DNA of 64,000 nucleotides from Candidatus Omnitrophota bacterium (GTDB taxonomy: Bacteria > Hinthialibacterota > Hinthialibacteria > Hinthialibacterales > Hinthialibacteraceae). Positions 1 to 9,435 of this stretch are shown in pieces (the first letter of the stretch is position 1; the number at the start of each line of letters is the position of its first letter). The stretch covers positions 6,050 to 70,049 of the forward strand of contig JABLXU010000039.1 of the NCBI GenBank assembly GCA_013177805.1, in the 5' to 3' direction. The position numbers were made by a program, and so were the translations under genes. A model generated the notes under the pieces. It made no database searches and was not told the DNA's origin. It worked only from the letters and a program-made list of their open reading frames with translations.

Positions 1-675
1 CAGGACCAGGTGGCCGGTTTCCGCGGCAGAGATGGCGGTCATCATTGTGTCCTGATCCCGCATCTCTCCGATGAGAATCACGTCCGGGCTTTGCCGCACC
101 ACATGCCGCAACGCGTTTTGGAAACTGGCGGTGTCGTAGCCCACTTCGCGCTGGTTGATGACCGATTTGTCGTCCACGTGCACGAACTCGATGGGATCCT
201 CGATGGTCATGATATGGCGGCTGAAATGCGAGTTGATGTGATGAATCATCGCCGCCAGGGTGGTCGATTTGCCGCTGCCGGTCGCCCCGGTGATGATCAC
301 CAGTCCCCGCGGCAATTCCGCCATCTGTTGGATCACGGGCGGGAGATGCAGCCGGGTAAACGACAAATCCGCGTCCGCCACGTGCCGCGCCACCATGCCG
401 ATATGCCCTTGCTGGCGGAACAGGTTGATCCGGAAACGGATCTTCCCGTCCATGGTGTACGCAAAGTCCAGTTCCGAAAGATCCTCGAACATCCGCCATT
501 GGTGGTCCGTGAGCAGATTCCGGGCGGCTTCCTGGATTTGCGCGTCGGTGACCGGCTCGCCCTCCAGGCGGATCACGTCGTTATGAATCCGCACGGCCGG
601 CGGCACACCGGCCTTTAGATACAAGTCCGACGCGTCTTTCTTCACCATCAAACGCAGCAAATCGTAGATGTTCAC
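1..675 (-). CDS. pilT: Type IV pilus retraction ATPase PilT/PilU family (3' end runs off the window)
   Basis: Not in the ORF track; translated by hand on the minus strand from GTG at 675 with AGGAG upstream: MNIYDLLRLMVKKDASDLYLKAGVPPAVR...GLVIITGATGSGKSTT (Walker A)...TIEDPIE...RQSPDVILIGEMRD...AAETGHLVL. ORF 10..618(+) is its antisense shadow. Confidence 0.92.
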   Translation of the reverse strand, partial: MNIYDLLRLMVKKDASDLYLKAGVPPAVRIHNDVIRLEGEPVTDAQIQEAARNLLTDHQWRMFEDLSELDFAYTMDGKIRFRINLFRQQGHIGMVARHVADADLSFTRLHLPPVIQQMAELPRGLVIITGATGSGKSTTLAAMIHHINSHFSRHIMTIEDPIEFVHVDDKSVINQREVGYDTASFQNALRHVVRQSPDVILIGEMRDQDTMMTAISAAETGHLVL

Positions 676-770
676 GGTTAGGCTCCTGGCTTACTCCTGA
701 TATTAACGGAACAACGTACGAAATGTCATTTCCGTTTAGGCGCACTGGCTGCTTATTTGATCATGGCTCT

Positions 771-1430
771 TCAAACCGGTTGCGCCGGATCCGGTTCCCC
801 GCCGCGCTTTTCCATCGATACGCGGCTTTGCGAATCGAACACGATATAATCATCCCCTGACAGGTTGTACGGCGGTTGGAGGACCACCTTCGATTCCCCC
901 TTGGCCCGGATGGCGATGCCCCCCTCTCCCTGAATCTGGCCGCTGAACACCACCACCGATCCGTCGAGCGCTTCGATGCAGATTCCATTTCCCCGCGCCC
1001 GGATTTGGCAATCCCGCAAACGGACTTCCCCGTTTGAACATTGGATTGTGCCCTCGATCCGGAGATGACTCAGTGAACAATTCTTGACATTCTGTATCGT
1101 GATCGCGGGTTGATCCCCTTCCGCGGCGATCCGGGTGGCCTCCCCCCCATTTCCCTGTAAATGGACCGGCCGGGTGATCCGCAATCCGTCTTCCATTATA
1201 AAACTGCCAGGACCCAACTGAATTTCGGCCGGAGCACCGGTGGGATTCATCGCCGCCCGGTCCACTTGTTCTTGAAGGGAGAGGCCGGCGTTCCCACCAG
1301 AGTCAGGCCGGTATCGGATTTGACTCCTCGCATGGCGGAAACATGCCTTCCACCCCCACCATCCTCCCAACCAAACCAGGAGAAAGATCGTCCCAGTGAT
1401 GATCCAAAATCCATACGCGGGTTCACCCAT
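771..1430 (-). CDS. Membrane-anchored protein with a short right-handed beta-helix (pectin-lyase-like) domain
   Basis: N-terminal hydrophobic helix, then SLQEQVDRA..IQLGPG..ITRPVHLQG, typical of the start of parallel beta-helix proteins. Confidence 0.55.
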   Translation of the reverse strand: MGEPAYGFWIITGTIFLLVWLGGWWGWKACFRHARSQIRYRPDSGGNAGLSLQEQVDRAAMNPTGAPAEIQLGPGSFIMEDGLRITRPVHLQGNGGEATRIAAEGDQPAITIQNVKNCSLSHLRIEGTIQCSNGEVRLRDCQIRARGNGICIEALDGSVVVFSGQIQGEGGIAIRAKGESKVVLQPPYNLSGDDYIVFDSQSRVSMEKRGGEPDPAQPV

Positions 1431-1471
1431 GAAACCAATCCTTGCTTATTTTTAAACTCGAGATTCCCGCT

Positions 1472-2677
1472 CTAGGAGCGCATGTCCCGCACCCGGGAAA
1501 TCAATTCCCGGATCACCCCCACAATCTGAACAGAGGAGTCGGATTTGAACACCCGCACCGGCGGGGTCAAGGGTCCACCCTGAAGCAAGATCTGGTCGCC
1601 CAAGTCAAGGTACTTCCGTATGCAACACCGCCCCTCGAAGCGCACCACCACCAAGTCTTCGTTTCGGGCCACGCCGCCGGTCTCGAAAATGATCTTGCAG
1701 CCCGGCCAGATGCCCAACGGCATGTACGAATCGGTCTTTACGAAATACGCTTCGTATTCGCGGTCCGGATGAAACCAGGTTTGGGGCAATCCCACAAAAT
1801 CCAGGGAATCTTCTTCCTCCACCTCCTCGCGTCCGGAAGGGATCACGCCTGTAATGGGTATATTGCGGATGCCGCTCCCTCCCTCGATCTGGCGGGGTAT
1901 GGTCTCTATTCCACTCTCACTCGCCGCACGGGTTTCTCCCATCTCCTCCACAGGCGAGGAAAGTGGATTCCACGCATCGGGGGAAGCAATGACTTTTGGA
2001 AATTTCTGCTCCAACGCCCGGTCTTTTGCTTCTTCAATGACGGAATGCAACAATTCGCAAAATTTGCCCACCGAGTGCGCGTTCTGGACAATGGCCAACC
2101 GCCGGGCCGACGGTTGATGAACGATCAAGCGTTCTTCGGGAGTCAATTGTAACATTTCGTGCATCAGGCCCAGAAATACCAACCAGATGGGAGGCTGAGA
2201 GCCCAGCCGGTCCATGATCCACCCGCGAAGATCATCATGGTTTTGGATGCCTGGGGATTGGGGGGAACGGCCCGGTGCCACTCCCCGCCCGGCAAAACGA
2301 TCCATCACCAAGAATTGCTTGTGAGGGATAGCGCGCAGTAAATCCCCGATTTCTTCCCGCAGGCATTGGGTAATGGCCTTCTGCGACACACAGACTTTGT
2401 TGCCCGCCAACACATAACCGATTTTTCTGGCCGCCTTCACCAGGCTTTGCAATTCCCGCTGTTTTTTCGCCATTTGCTCGAACTGATGACGCTCTTCCGG
2501 CCGGAGTTGGAAAAAAACCGCCATTTTTTCGACCAACGGAGGCGGCGGGGGTGGCTTGAATCCGCTTTCCATTTGAGCGATATACGGCGATGACAATCCG
2601 AGACGGTCCGCCAGTTCTTGCTGGGTGTATTTCCCGCTTAGGCGATATTCCCGAAGCAGATCACCGAAGGTTTTCAA
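1472..2677 (-). CDS. XRE-family HTH regulator with C-terminal S24 (LexA/CI-like) domain and a long central region
   Basis: N-terminal FGDLLREYR..TQQELADRLGLSSPYIAQMESG (HTH_3); C-terminal IPITGVIPSG..VKTDSY..NEDLVVV..IVGVIRE. Confidence 0.8.
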   Translation of the reverse strand: MKTFGDLLREYRLSGKYTQQELADRLGLSSPYIAQMESGFKPPPPPPLVEKMAVFFQLRPEERHQFEQMAKKQRELQSLVKAARKIGYVLAGNKVCVSQKAITQCLREEIGDLLRAIPHKQFLVMDRFAGRGVAPGRSPQSPGIQNHDDLRGWIMDRLGSQPPIWLVFLGLMHEMLQLTPEERLIVHQPSARRLAIVQNAHSVGKFCELLHSVIEEAKDRALEQKFPKVIASPDAWNPLSSPVEEMGETRAASESGIETIPRQIEGGSGIRNIPITGVIPSGREEVEEEDSLDFVGLPQTWFHPDREYEAYFVKTDSYMPLGIWPGCKIIFETGGVARNEDLVVVRFEGRCCIRKYLDLGDQILLQGGPLTPPVRVFKSDSSVQIVGVIRELISRVRDMRS

Positions 2678-2910
2678 ATTCCCAAGGCTCCTTTGCCATG
2701 CGAATCAGCTTTGGTTCATGGTAAACTGCGTATCAATGGATTTCAATATGTTAAAAAATTGAAGCCATGAGATTGGGCGGGAATGATTCGCCGGCGGATC
2801 GGCTGGGAATTCAACAAATAATATTGGAGAACCTGGAAAACGGATATGTCCGCCGGATTACCTTTCGTTTTGTACTTTTGCAGCCTCCACCCTGAAAAAA
2901 CAGAATTGGC

Positions 2911-3822
2911 TCACGGTTCGTTTCCATCCTTCTTCCCGCAGAGCAGCACCGCGTCCCAAAGCTTCACCCCCAGCGAGGCGGCGATCACCTCGCATTTCGC
3001 CTTGAGGATAAAAAACACGCGCTCGTCATCGTGCGGCAGGGTTTCGTAATTGGCCTGCCCTTTGGAGATGATGACATCCGCCTCCGCGTACGCGTCCCGT
3101 AGTTCGTCTGACGCGGTGCGCAACACTGTGCCCAGTTCCGCGTTGCCGTTGTCGATCACCGGAACCACCGCGGTGAGACCCGATTCCCGGGCGTCCTCCA
3201 TCGTCGCGTCGTTCAAAACTGGAACCTGCCGCACTACCACGGTGATGTCCAGCCGGGGATAGTCGCGGATCAATTCCTCGATGAAGATCCGGTCAAAGAC
3301 GATCTCGCCGGCGTTATCACAGATGTATAGAAGTTTGGGACCGGTTTTCTCGCGATGGATTGTTTCGGCAAGTTCTAGGAAAGAGTCAAAATCATCCCGC
3401 GCGAATCCCTCCCGCAGCACTTTTTCGATTGTCGCGTGGATATCGAAATCCTCGTGAATGCCCAAGTCGATGATGTTGCCGCACACCGCCAGCTGGCAGG
3501 CCAGCCGCAAAGGTTCAGGATGGCCCGCGATCCGTTCCTTCAATTCGGGATAGAGCCGCAACGCCAACTGGTTGTTATGTTTCTTGATTTCCCGGAAAGG
3601 ATCATCCGAACCGGCGTGCCGTTGCCCCGCCCGGATGGCGATGAGTGAAAGTTCCGCCGGGGAGAGTGCGGGATCCGCCTGGCTGATCAGTGCGTCGAGA
3701 TCGGCCCGCAGAGCTTCTTCAGTTCTGTCAAAAGAAGAGGATTCCCGCCCATCCAAAACCAGCCGGTAAATCCGCAGCCCTTGCCGTTTGGCGCATTCGA
3801 TACAGGGTGTTTGATAACGCAT
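2911..3822 (-). CDS. DUF89/ARMT1-like damage-control metal-dependent phosphatase
   Basis: Motifs CxxC (N-terminal), GNIIDLG, DNAGEIVFD, NDAT, SKGQANYE, KAKC. Confidence 0.9.
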   Translation of the reverse strand: MRYQTPCIECAKRQGLRIYRLVLDGRESSSFDRTEEALRADLDALISQADPALSPAELSLIAIRAGQRHAGSDDPFREIKKHNNQLALRLYPELKERIAGHPEPLRLACQLAVCGNIIDLGIHEDFDIHATIEKVLREGFARDDFDSFLELAETIHREKTGPKLLYICDNAGEIVFDRIFIEELIRDYPRLDITVVVRQVPVLNDATMEDARESGLTAVVPVIDNGNAELGTVLRTASDELRDAYAEADVIISKGQANYETLPHDDERVFFILKAKCEVIAASLGVKLWDAVLLCGKKDGNEP

Positions 3823-3864
3823 GTCAATACATTTTCCGGAGATATTCCGGCCGGGAGGAATCTC

Positions 3865-4620
3865 CTACCCTCCCGTCTTCCTCTTATCACTGAAGTTGAT
3901 CCCACAGTACAGTTTGATTTCTTTGCCCGGATTGGCCTCCCGGATGTGACGCCAGCGGCCGGCCCGCTCATCTTCCCCATCGCGCACCGGCGTCGTGCAC
4001 GTGGCGCAACCGATGCTGGGGTAGCCTTTGGCATGCAAGGGATGCACCAGCACGTCATGGGCCTGGATGTATTCATCCACCTGCTCCCGGTTCCAATTGG
4101 CCAAAGGATGTATTTTATATCCTTGAATGCGGGGATCCACCGTTACGATCGGAATCTGTTTCCGCGCCCCGCCTTCACTCCGCAGCAATCCCGACAACAC
4201 CGCTTTGAAACGGCGGGCCGCTTTCAAATAAGGCTCCTCCTTGCGCAACTGGCAACACAATTGGTAATCCCGGTCCCGCAGATACAATTCCCGCCCGTAT
4301 TCCCGGAACTGCTCCTCCGGCGATTTCCCGGGCTTGTAGGTCTGGATGTTCACCCCATACTTTTCGATCATCCGGTCCCGCAATTCCAGCGTCTCGGGGA
4401 AGTGATATCCAGTGTCGATGAAAATGATCTCGACCTGGGTCAATCCCATAGCGTACAGCGTATGGATCAACACCGACGCCGTTTTTTGCATACTGGACAA
4501 CAGGGCCAGATGCGATCCAAACGTTTCGTGCGCCCACCCGATGATCTCCCGCAACGTATACGTTTCCAACCGCTCATTCAGCGCTTGCAAGTCGATAACC
4601 GGTTCGGTTAAAGGTGCCAT
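3865..4620 (-). CDS. cysH: Adenylyl-sulfate (APS)/PAPS reductase, 4Fe-4S type
   Basis: IDTGYHFPET, CC..RK, HPLH.KGYPSIGCATCT, ERAGRW and a C-terminal YCGIN catalytic Cys. Confidence 0.88.
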   Translation of the reverse strand: MAPLTEPVIDLQALNERLETYTLREIIGWAHETFGSHLALLSSMQKTASVLIHTLYAMGLTQVEIIFIDTGYHFPETLELRDRMIEKYGVNIQTYKPGKSPEEQFREYGRELYLRDRDYQLCCQLRKEEPYLKAARRFKAVLSGLLRSEGGARKQIPIVTVDPRIQGYKIHPLANWNREQVDEYIQAHDVLVHPLHAKGYPSIGCATCTTPVRDGEDERAGRWRHIREANPGKEIKLYCGINFSDKRKTGG

Positions 4621-4949
4621 GCGAATTCGACCTTTATTCCCTAGGATTCATGATGCGCGGTTTGTCGGCCAGTGGATAAACGGACCTTGAATCCGAATAC
4701 CGCAAATTCACCTTAATATCTATATATGATGTAGACATTGTACCCGAAATCCACGGCTCCGCAACAGAAAAATAATGATGGCCTCGGATAATAAAGATTC
4801 GGTATCCAGGAAGGGTATTTTTCTTTTGGATTGGTGAATAGGAAGACGTCGCACGGCAACACGGCCCCAAGGCCAGGCAAGGGCCAGAACGATGGCTTGC
4901 CACATAATTCAAGGATGACCTGGGATATACTTAGAAAAAATCCGATATC

Positions 4950-6035
4950 TCACCCAGGCCGTTTGCGCGTGGTTTTGGAAGTGGTTTTTAGAGTGGAAGA
5001 GCGGGAATCCATGTGATCCACCCGGTTCAAAGGCTGTTGATTAGGATCTTCAAACCATTGGAAATAGGCTTCCGTTCCTTGGCGGCCATTTTCCACCAGT
5101 TGATCCACTTTTTCCCGGGGCAGGTTGAACTCCGTGGTTTTCACGCCGCCGGCGTCAATAAACACCGTCCGGTGCCAATCATTTTGATGCAAATGGCTCT
5201 TGTTGGCCATTTCGGTGATGCACCCTACCAAGATTTTGACGTAATCGAGGAAGTGGTTGATTTCCGCCGGTGGCTTGCGCCATCCTTCTTTTTCCGCCCG
5301 GATTTCATCTTCTGTGTCCACGCGGAAGCCCAGGGTTTGCTTGTTGTATACATGGTTCTCATGGTACTTGGTTGGATAATCTACCCGCGTGTACGTCTCG
5401 GTCCGGGAAGGATCCTCGACGAACCGCAAATCATCAAACAGGTCGATCGGATAATTCCAAGTGAGCCCGCCGTCGACCCACACGCCAGCGTATTCGAACA
5501 CGGCGGCGAAAAAGAGGGGGATGCTCATCGAAATCCGCACCGCCTTCCAGACCGGCATATCCGGGTAGGTTTCATGCGAAAGCAATTCGGGAACCTGCAT
5601 GGAGAGGTTGGTCCCAATTACGTAAAGTTCCCGGTAGCGTCCCGGTTCCGCCTGGGCTTTGTCCCGCAATTCACGCAAAGTCATGTCGGGAACGCCGCTT
5701 AAAGCATACACCTGTTTGCGCATCCATTGCGCAAAGGCATCTCCCTTGTACCAACCATAGCTATTTAATAACCGCCGCGTGTCGCGGACGAGGCCGAAAC
5801 TGTCGTCCATGAACTTCCGGAAATCCGTCCCGCCCACGATTTCCTTGATTTCCTGACTCCTGGCTCCCAGGGCCAGAATGGCAGCGGTGATCGCGCCGGC
5901 CGACGTGCCGGCCACCCGGCGGATCTCGGGAAGGATATCGCCCTTTTGGTCCAGAAACTCCAGCGCGTCCGCGTAAGCGATTCCCTTCACACCGCCCCCC
6001 TCGAACACCAGGTTCCGAAATTGACTCATGATCAT
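4950..6035 (-). CDS. Patatin-like phospholipase
   Basis: LVFEGGGVKG oxyanion loop, GTSAG nucleophile elbow, SMSIPLFF, DGG; GAGGA RBS upstream. Confidence 0.92.
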   Translation of the reverse strand: MIMSQFRNLVFEGGGVKGIAYADALEFLDQKGDILPEIRRVAGTSAGAITAAILALGARSQEIKEIVGGTDFRKFMDDSFGLVRDTRRLLNSYGWYKGDAFAQWMRKQVYALSGVPDMTLRELRDKAQAEPGRYRELYVIGTNLSMQVPELLSHETYPDMPVWKAVRISMSIPLFFAAVFEYAGVWVDGGLTWNYPIDLFDDLRFVEDPSRTETYTRVDYPTKYHENHVYNKQTLGFRVDTEDEIRAEKEGWRKPPAEINHFLDYVKILVGCITEMANKSHLHQNDWHRTVFIDAGGVKTTEFNLPREKVDQLVENGRQGTEAYFQWFEDPNQQPLNRVDHMDSRSSTLKTTSKTTRKRPG

Positions 6036-6290
6036 TCCTCCTCTTAATAGGAAAAACCAGCCGATGAAGCAGGATGAAAAATTACAGGATGGAAAAATGA
6101 TGGAGTATCAGGAAGGTGAAAGAGCGGTTATATCATACGCGGGTATCGCTGACTGAAACATGAGGAAAGGAAAGGGAATAAGTGAATTTTTTTCTAGAGG
6201 ATTTGCCCACCCAGGCCAGTAATGATTCTAATCAGGATGTTCAAATCCGGTGAGGACGGCCAGGTATTTAGGACCGTCCCAGCCTAAAAT

Positions 6291-6313
6291 AAAAAACCGC
6301 TCCGAAGAGCGGT
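6291..6313 (-). terminator. Intrinsic terminator on the minus strand
   Basis: ACCGCTC-TTCG-GAGCGGT followed by TTTTT and ATTTT on the minus strand. Confidence 0.75.
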
Positions 6314-6488
6314 CATTTGAAATCCGCGGCATTTTTCCTCCCCAACGACCGATTCGTTGTTCCCCATTTACTGCCGGCTGCCCCGTTTCGGGACCGGGTT
6401 CAGTCTTTTTCGGGGAAAAAGAGAAACATCACTTTTTCCGACGCGTTTGATCGATGCCGCGGTCATATCAAACGATAGACCGAACGTA
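6291..6488 (-). ncRNA. Candidate structured non-coding RNA (6S-like rod or cis-regulatory leader)
   Basis: Extended -10 (TGGTATAAG, 6494-6502), long closing helix (6454-6462 with 6324-6332, extended by GUUUGA/UCAAAU and CGGUC/GACCG), internal helices, ending in a UUCG terminator; no convincing ORF. Confidence 0.35.
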
Positions 6489-6698
6489 CCCCTCTTATAC
6501 CAAAATCCATACTCCAAGAAAAGATCCCCGAATGATACTTTTAAGGATTTTTCTTCACGAGCATCATGACCTTCCCGCCTCCAGGCCCAATGACGAAACC
6601 TCATCCCGTTACTATATTATAGATATTCAAGATTATAGGCGTGCAAGTCAACCGCTGGAATCGGTTTCAATCCTGCAAGGATAAAAAAGGATTGTTTT

Positions 6699-8243
6699 AT
6701 GAAAAATTTATCTCTCCTATCGATACTTCTCTTGGGTGTGGCAGCCTCCGCGGAAAGTCAGATTCTGGACATGAACAATCCACCGGCAGGGACAGTCCGG
6801 ATCACGGGGGGCAATCCCGGGGGAGAAACTGGATTCGCGGTCCGAACCATCGGTGATTTTTCCGGCGATGGCATTCCCGATTTTGCCATATCCTCACCGC
6901 TGGACGACCGGATTTATATTCTCTTTGGACGGCGCACCTACCCGCCGGTGATCAATCTCTCCTTGTTAGCCACCAATGGTTTTGTGGTCAACGGCAACCC
7001 CGGCAGCGGTTTCGGCTGGTCGCTGGGCGCGGCCGGCGACGTCAACCGCGACGGCCGGGCGGATCTCTTGATCGGCGCCCCTTTCGAAGGAGAAGGGGGA
7101 CGGGTGTACCTGCTTAAGGGAATGTTCAATCTGCTCCCCATTCATGTCTTGAGCGAAGAAAATTTTCTGCTCATTGTGGAGGGGAGTTCCGGTGAATCGC
7201 TTGGGCAAGTCCTGGCGGATGGAGGCGACTTCAACAATGACGCCTCGTCCGACATCTTGATCCCCAGTCCCAATTTTGTGGGGGATAGCAACGGCCAGCC
7301 GGTGATCGGCGCCGCGTATATCATTTACGGCCAAACCGCTTTCGAAAACAAAAGGATCAACACGCAATCGTTGGATCAATCCTCTACGTTGACCCTTTAC
7401 CCTCCCAAAACCCCCGAAGGATTTGTCAACTTCCTGTTCGGCAATGTCATGGAATTCATCGGGGATTTTGACCGGAATTTTTTCCAAGACGTAGGGCTGT
7501 TCCAAGGGGTCACATATCGGGAACCTGAAAATCCGGACACCCCTGCTTCCGGGGAAAGCGCAGCCACGCTGCTGGTGCTTCCCGGCGGAGGCGAACTGAC
7601 CGGCACGTTTCGGGTAGATGAATTACCCTTCGCCACGAAGAAAATCACCTTCCGGCTTTTTGACAAGCCTGAAGATCATGTCATTACGCAACTGCAACAT
7701 GGCGATGTGGATCAAGACGGTGTGCCTGATCTCTTCTGCGCGTTTTCCCGCGCGCACCTGGCCGGTAATCCCGCAGGAAGCGGAGTCGTGGCATTCGTGC
7801 ATGGTTCGAAAACCAGCCCGGAGGAAATTCTCCTCACTCCGGATAATTTGCAAAGCCATGCCCTGCTTGGCCTTCCCCAGGAAAACGCCGGCTTCGGCGC
7901 CCGCATGGCCAGCCTTTCCGAGGGAATCGCGATCAGCGCCGTTCAAGGAAGTAATCCCTCGGGAACCGAAAGCCAACAGGGTGGCGTTTATTTTCTGAAG
8001 GATTTCACCCCCTTGCTCGGAAAAACGGTCCTGGACGTACACCCCTTCGCCGCTCCAATCTATTTTGGGAAAAAGAAAGGGGATTTATTCGGGAGCGCCC
8101 TCGATGGATTGAACTTGGTCGATAAGTCCGGAGTGGAGATGGTGTTGATCAGTACCCGGGAGACTGGTTTGAATCCCGCCTCGGCTTATCTTCTGCCGTC
8201 CAGGGCCGAGCTCACGGGGATCATCGATTTCAGCATGTATTAA
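6699..8243 (+). CDS. Secreted FG-GAP / integrin-alpha-like repeat (beta-propeller) protein
   Basis: Signal peptide MKNLSLLSILLLGVAASA; repeats GDFSGDGIPDFAISSP, GDVNRDGRADLLIGAP, GDFNNDASSDILI, GDVDQDGVPDL. Confidence 0.85.
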   Translation: MKNLSLLSILLLGVAASAESQILDMNNPPAGTVRITGGNPGGETGFAVRTIGDFSGDGIPDFAISSPLDDRIYILFGRRTYPPVINLSLLATNGFVVNGNPGSGFGWSLGAAGDVNRDGRADLLIGAPFEGEGGRVYLLKGMFNLLPIHVLSEENFLLIVEGSSGESLGQVLADGGDFNNDASSDILIPSPNFVGDSNGQPVIGAAYIIYGQTAFENKRINTQSLDQSSTLTLYPPKTPEGFVNFLFGNVMEFIGDFDRNFFQDVGLFQGVTYREPENPDTPASGESAATLLVLPGGGELTGTFRVDELPFATKKITFRLFDKPEDHVITQLQHGDVDQDGVPDLFCAFSRAHLAGNPAGSGVVAFVHGSKTSPEEILLTPDNLQSHALLGLPQENAGFGARMASLSEGIAISAVQGSNPSGTESQQGGVYFLKDFTPLLGKTVLDVHPFAAPIYFGKKKGDLFGSALDGLNLVDKSGVEMVLISTRETGLNPASAYLLPSRAELTGIIDFSMY

Positions 8244-8280
8244 TCTGGGAAGAATTAATGCCGTTGGGCATGAATACCCA

Positions 8281-9435
8281 TCAGAAGCTGTAAATGACCT
8301 CGAACGCAATGGTATCTTGCGTGTCAGAGAGGCCATGGCCATCCAGAAACACCTCCCGGCTGGCGTCGTCATGACGGTATTCTAGACGAGTCATGAGATT
8401 CTTCACCGGACTGTATCCCAAGGTCGCCGTGATTTCCCACACATCCACATCCGGTACGACCACACCGCCGGGTCCGCTCAGGTTAAAGGCCGAAGCCCGC
8501 GCGCCGTCCGCGTCATCGAACCATTCGCCCCGCAACGCTACGTAAAGATTTTCCAAAAGATCATAGCGGGCGTAACCAGCGATACCCATCCATTCGGCGT
8601 CTCCTCCACCGGGTGCCTGATTTTCATCCTGAGCCCAGTCGAAATTGGCACCTACAGACCACTGTTCATTGACTTGCCAGGTAGCCACAAGGTCGTACAG
8701 CAGCCGGTAATCGTGGTTGTTGTCATCCAGTTCCGGACCCCAGACCACAGAGTTTTGGATATAGATCGACTCCGTGGGCCGGAAGCGGACCGCGCCATGA
8801 AATGTCTTGGAATCGTTGTTGTCATCCACCCAGTCCCACCCTTGGGTGACCGCGCCGCTCACTTCCCACATATCGTTGAAGGGATAAGTCAGCCGCAAGC
8901 CGGTATGGGTGAAGGGGATCGCCCAACCGAACAAGATGGAACGGGAGAAATGACTGTTAGCAGGACTCTCAATCACCTCATATCCATGATGCGTAACCCA
9001 CCGGCCCAAATCGATGGTCAATCCGTTGCCAATGGGCGCGATGTAAGAGATGTAGGCCTGATAAATATTGAAATCATCGCCAAAATCCACCAGCGGATCG
9101 AACACGATCAGGTTGGAATCCTCACCGAGGGCAAAATCCACACGAAAGCCAACCTCGTTTGATTCCTCAGGCAGCCGGTCGATGTAGAATTGGAACAACT
9201 GGAAATTGATTTCGTTGTGGTCCACGTCAAATACCCGCATGATATTCCCGCCTTGGTTCTCCTCTGGGTCATTCAAGTTGTAAATGTAGGACATGTCCAA
9301 ATATCCCCCGAGTTTAATCCCCCAAAGCGATTCGGCCGTGGCGTCGGACAACGATCCGGCCTGAACTGCCATTCCCTCACCCCCGAGTAAAATCGCCGTT
9401 CCGATAATGAGCACGATTAGTTTTTTCTTCATCAT
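8281..9435 (-). CDS. Outer-membrane beta-barrel porin (bbp2/OmpL-like family)
   Basis: Signal peptide; GYEVIES..N.HFSRS..F.WAIPFTHTGLR motif; amphipathic strands; C-terminal Phe (VIYSF). Confidence 0.82.
   Translation of the reverse strand: MMKKKLIVLIIGTAILLGGEGMAVQAGSLSDATAESLWGIKLGGYLDMSYIYNLNDPEENQGGNIMRVFDVDHNEINFQLFQFYIDRLPEESNEVGFRVDFALGEDSNLIVFDPLVDFGDDFNIYQAYISYIAPIGNGLTIDLGRWVTHHGYEVIESPANSHFSRSILFGWAIPFTHTGLRLTYPFNDMWEVSGAVTQGWDWVDDNNDSKTFHGAVRFRPTESIYIQNSVVWGPELDDNNHDYRLLYDLVATWQVNEQWSVGANFDWAQDENQAPGGGDAEWMGIAGYARYDLLENLYVALRGEWFDDADGARASAFNLSGPGGVVVPDVDVWEITATLGYSPVKNLMTRLEYRHDDASREVFLDGHGLSDTQDTIAFEVIYSF

Noticed and set aside
10-618. 202-aa plus-strand ORF
   Set aside because: Antisense shadow of pilT on the minus strand.
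4950-6035. CBASS or other defence island around the patatin and the sirtuin
   Set aside because: No CD-NTase or partner genes; the sirtuin is a canonical CobB type 6 kb away.
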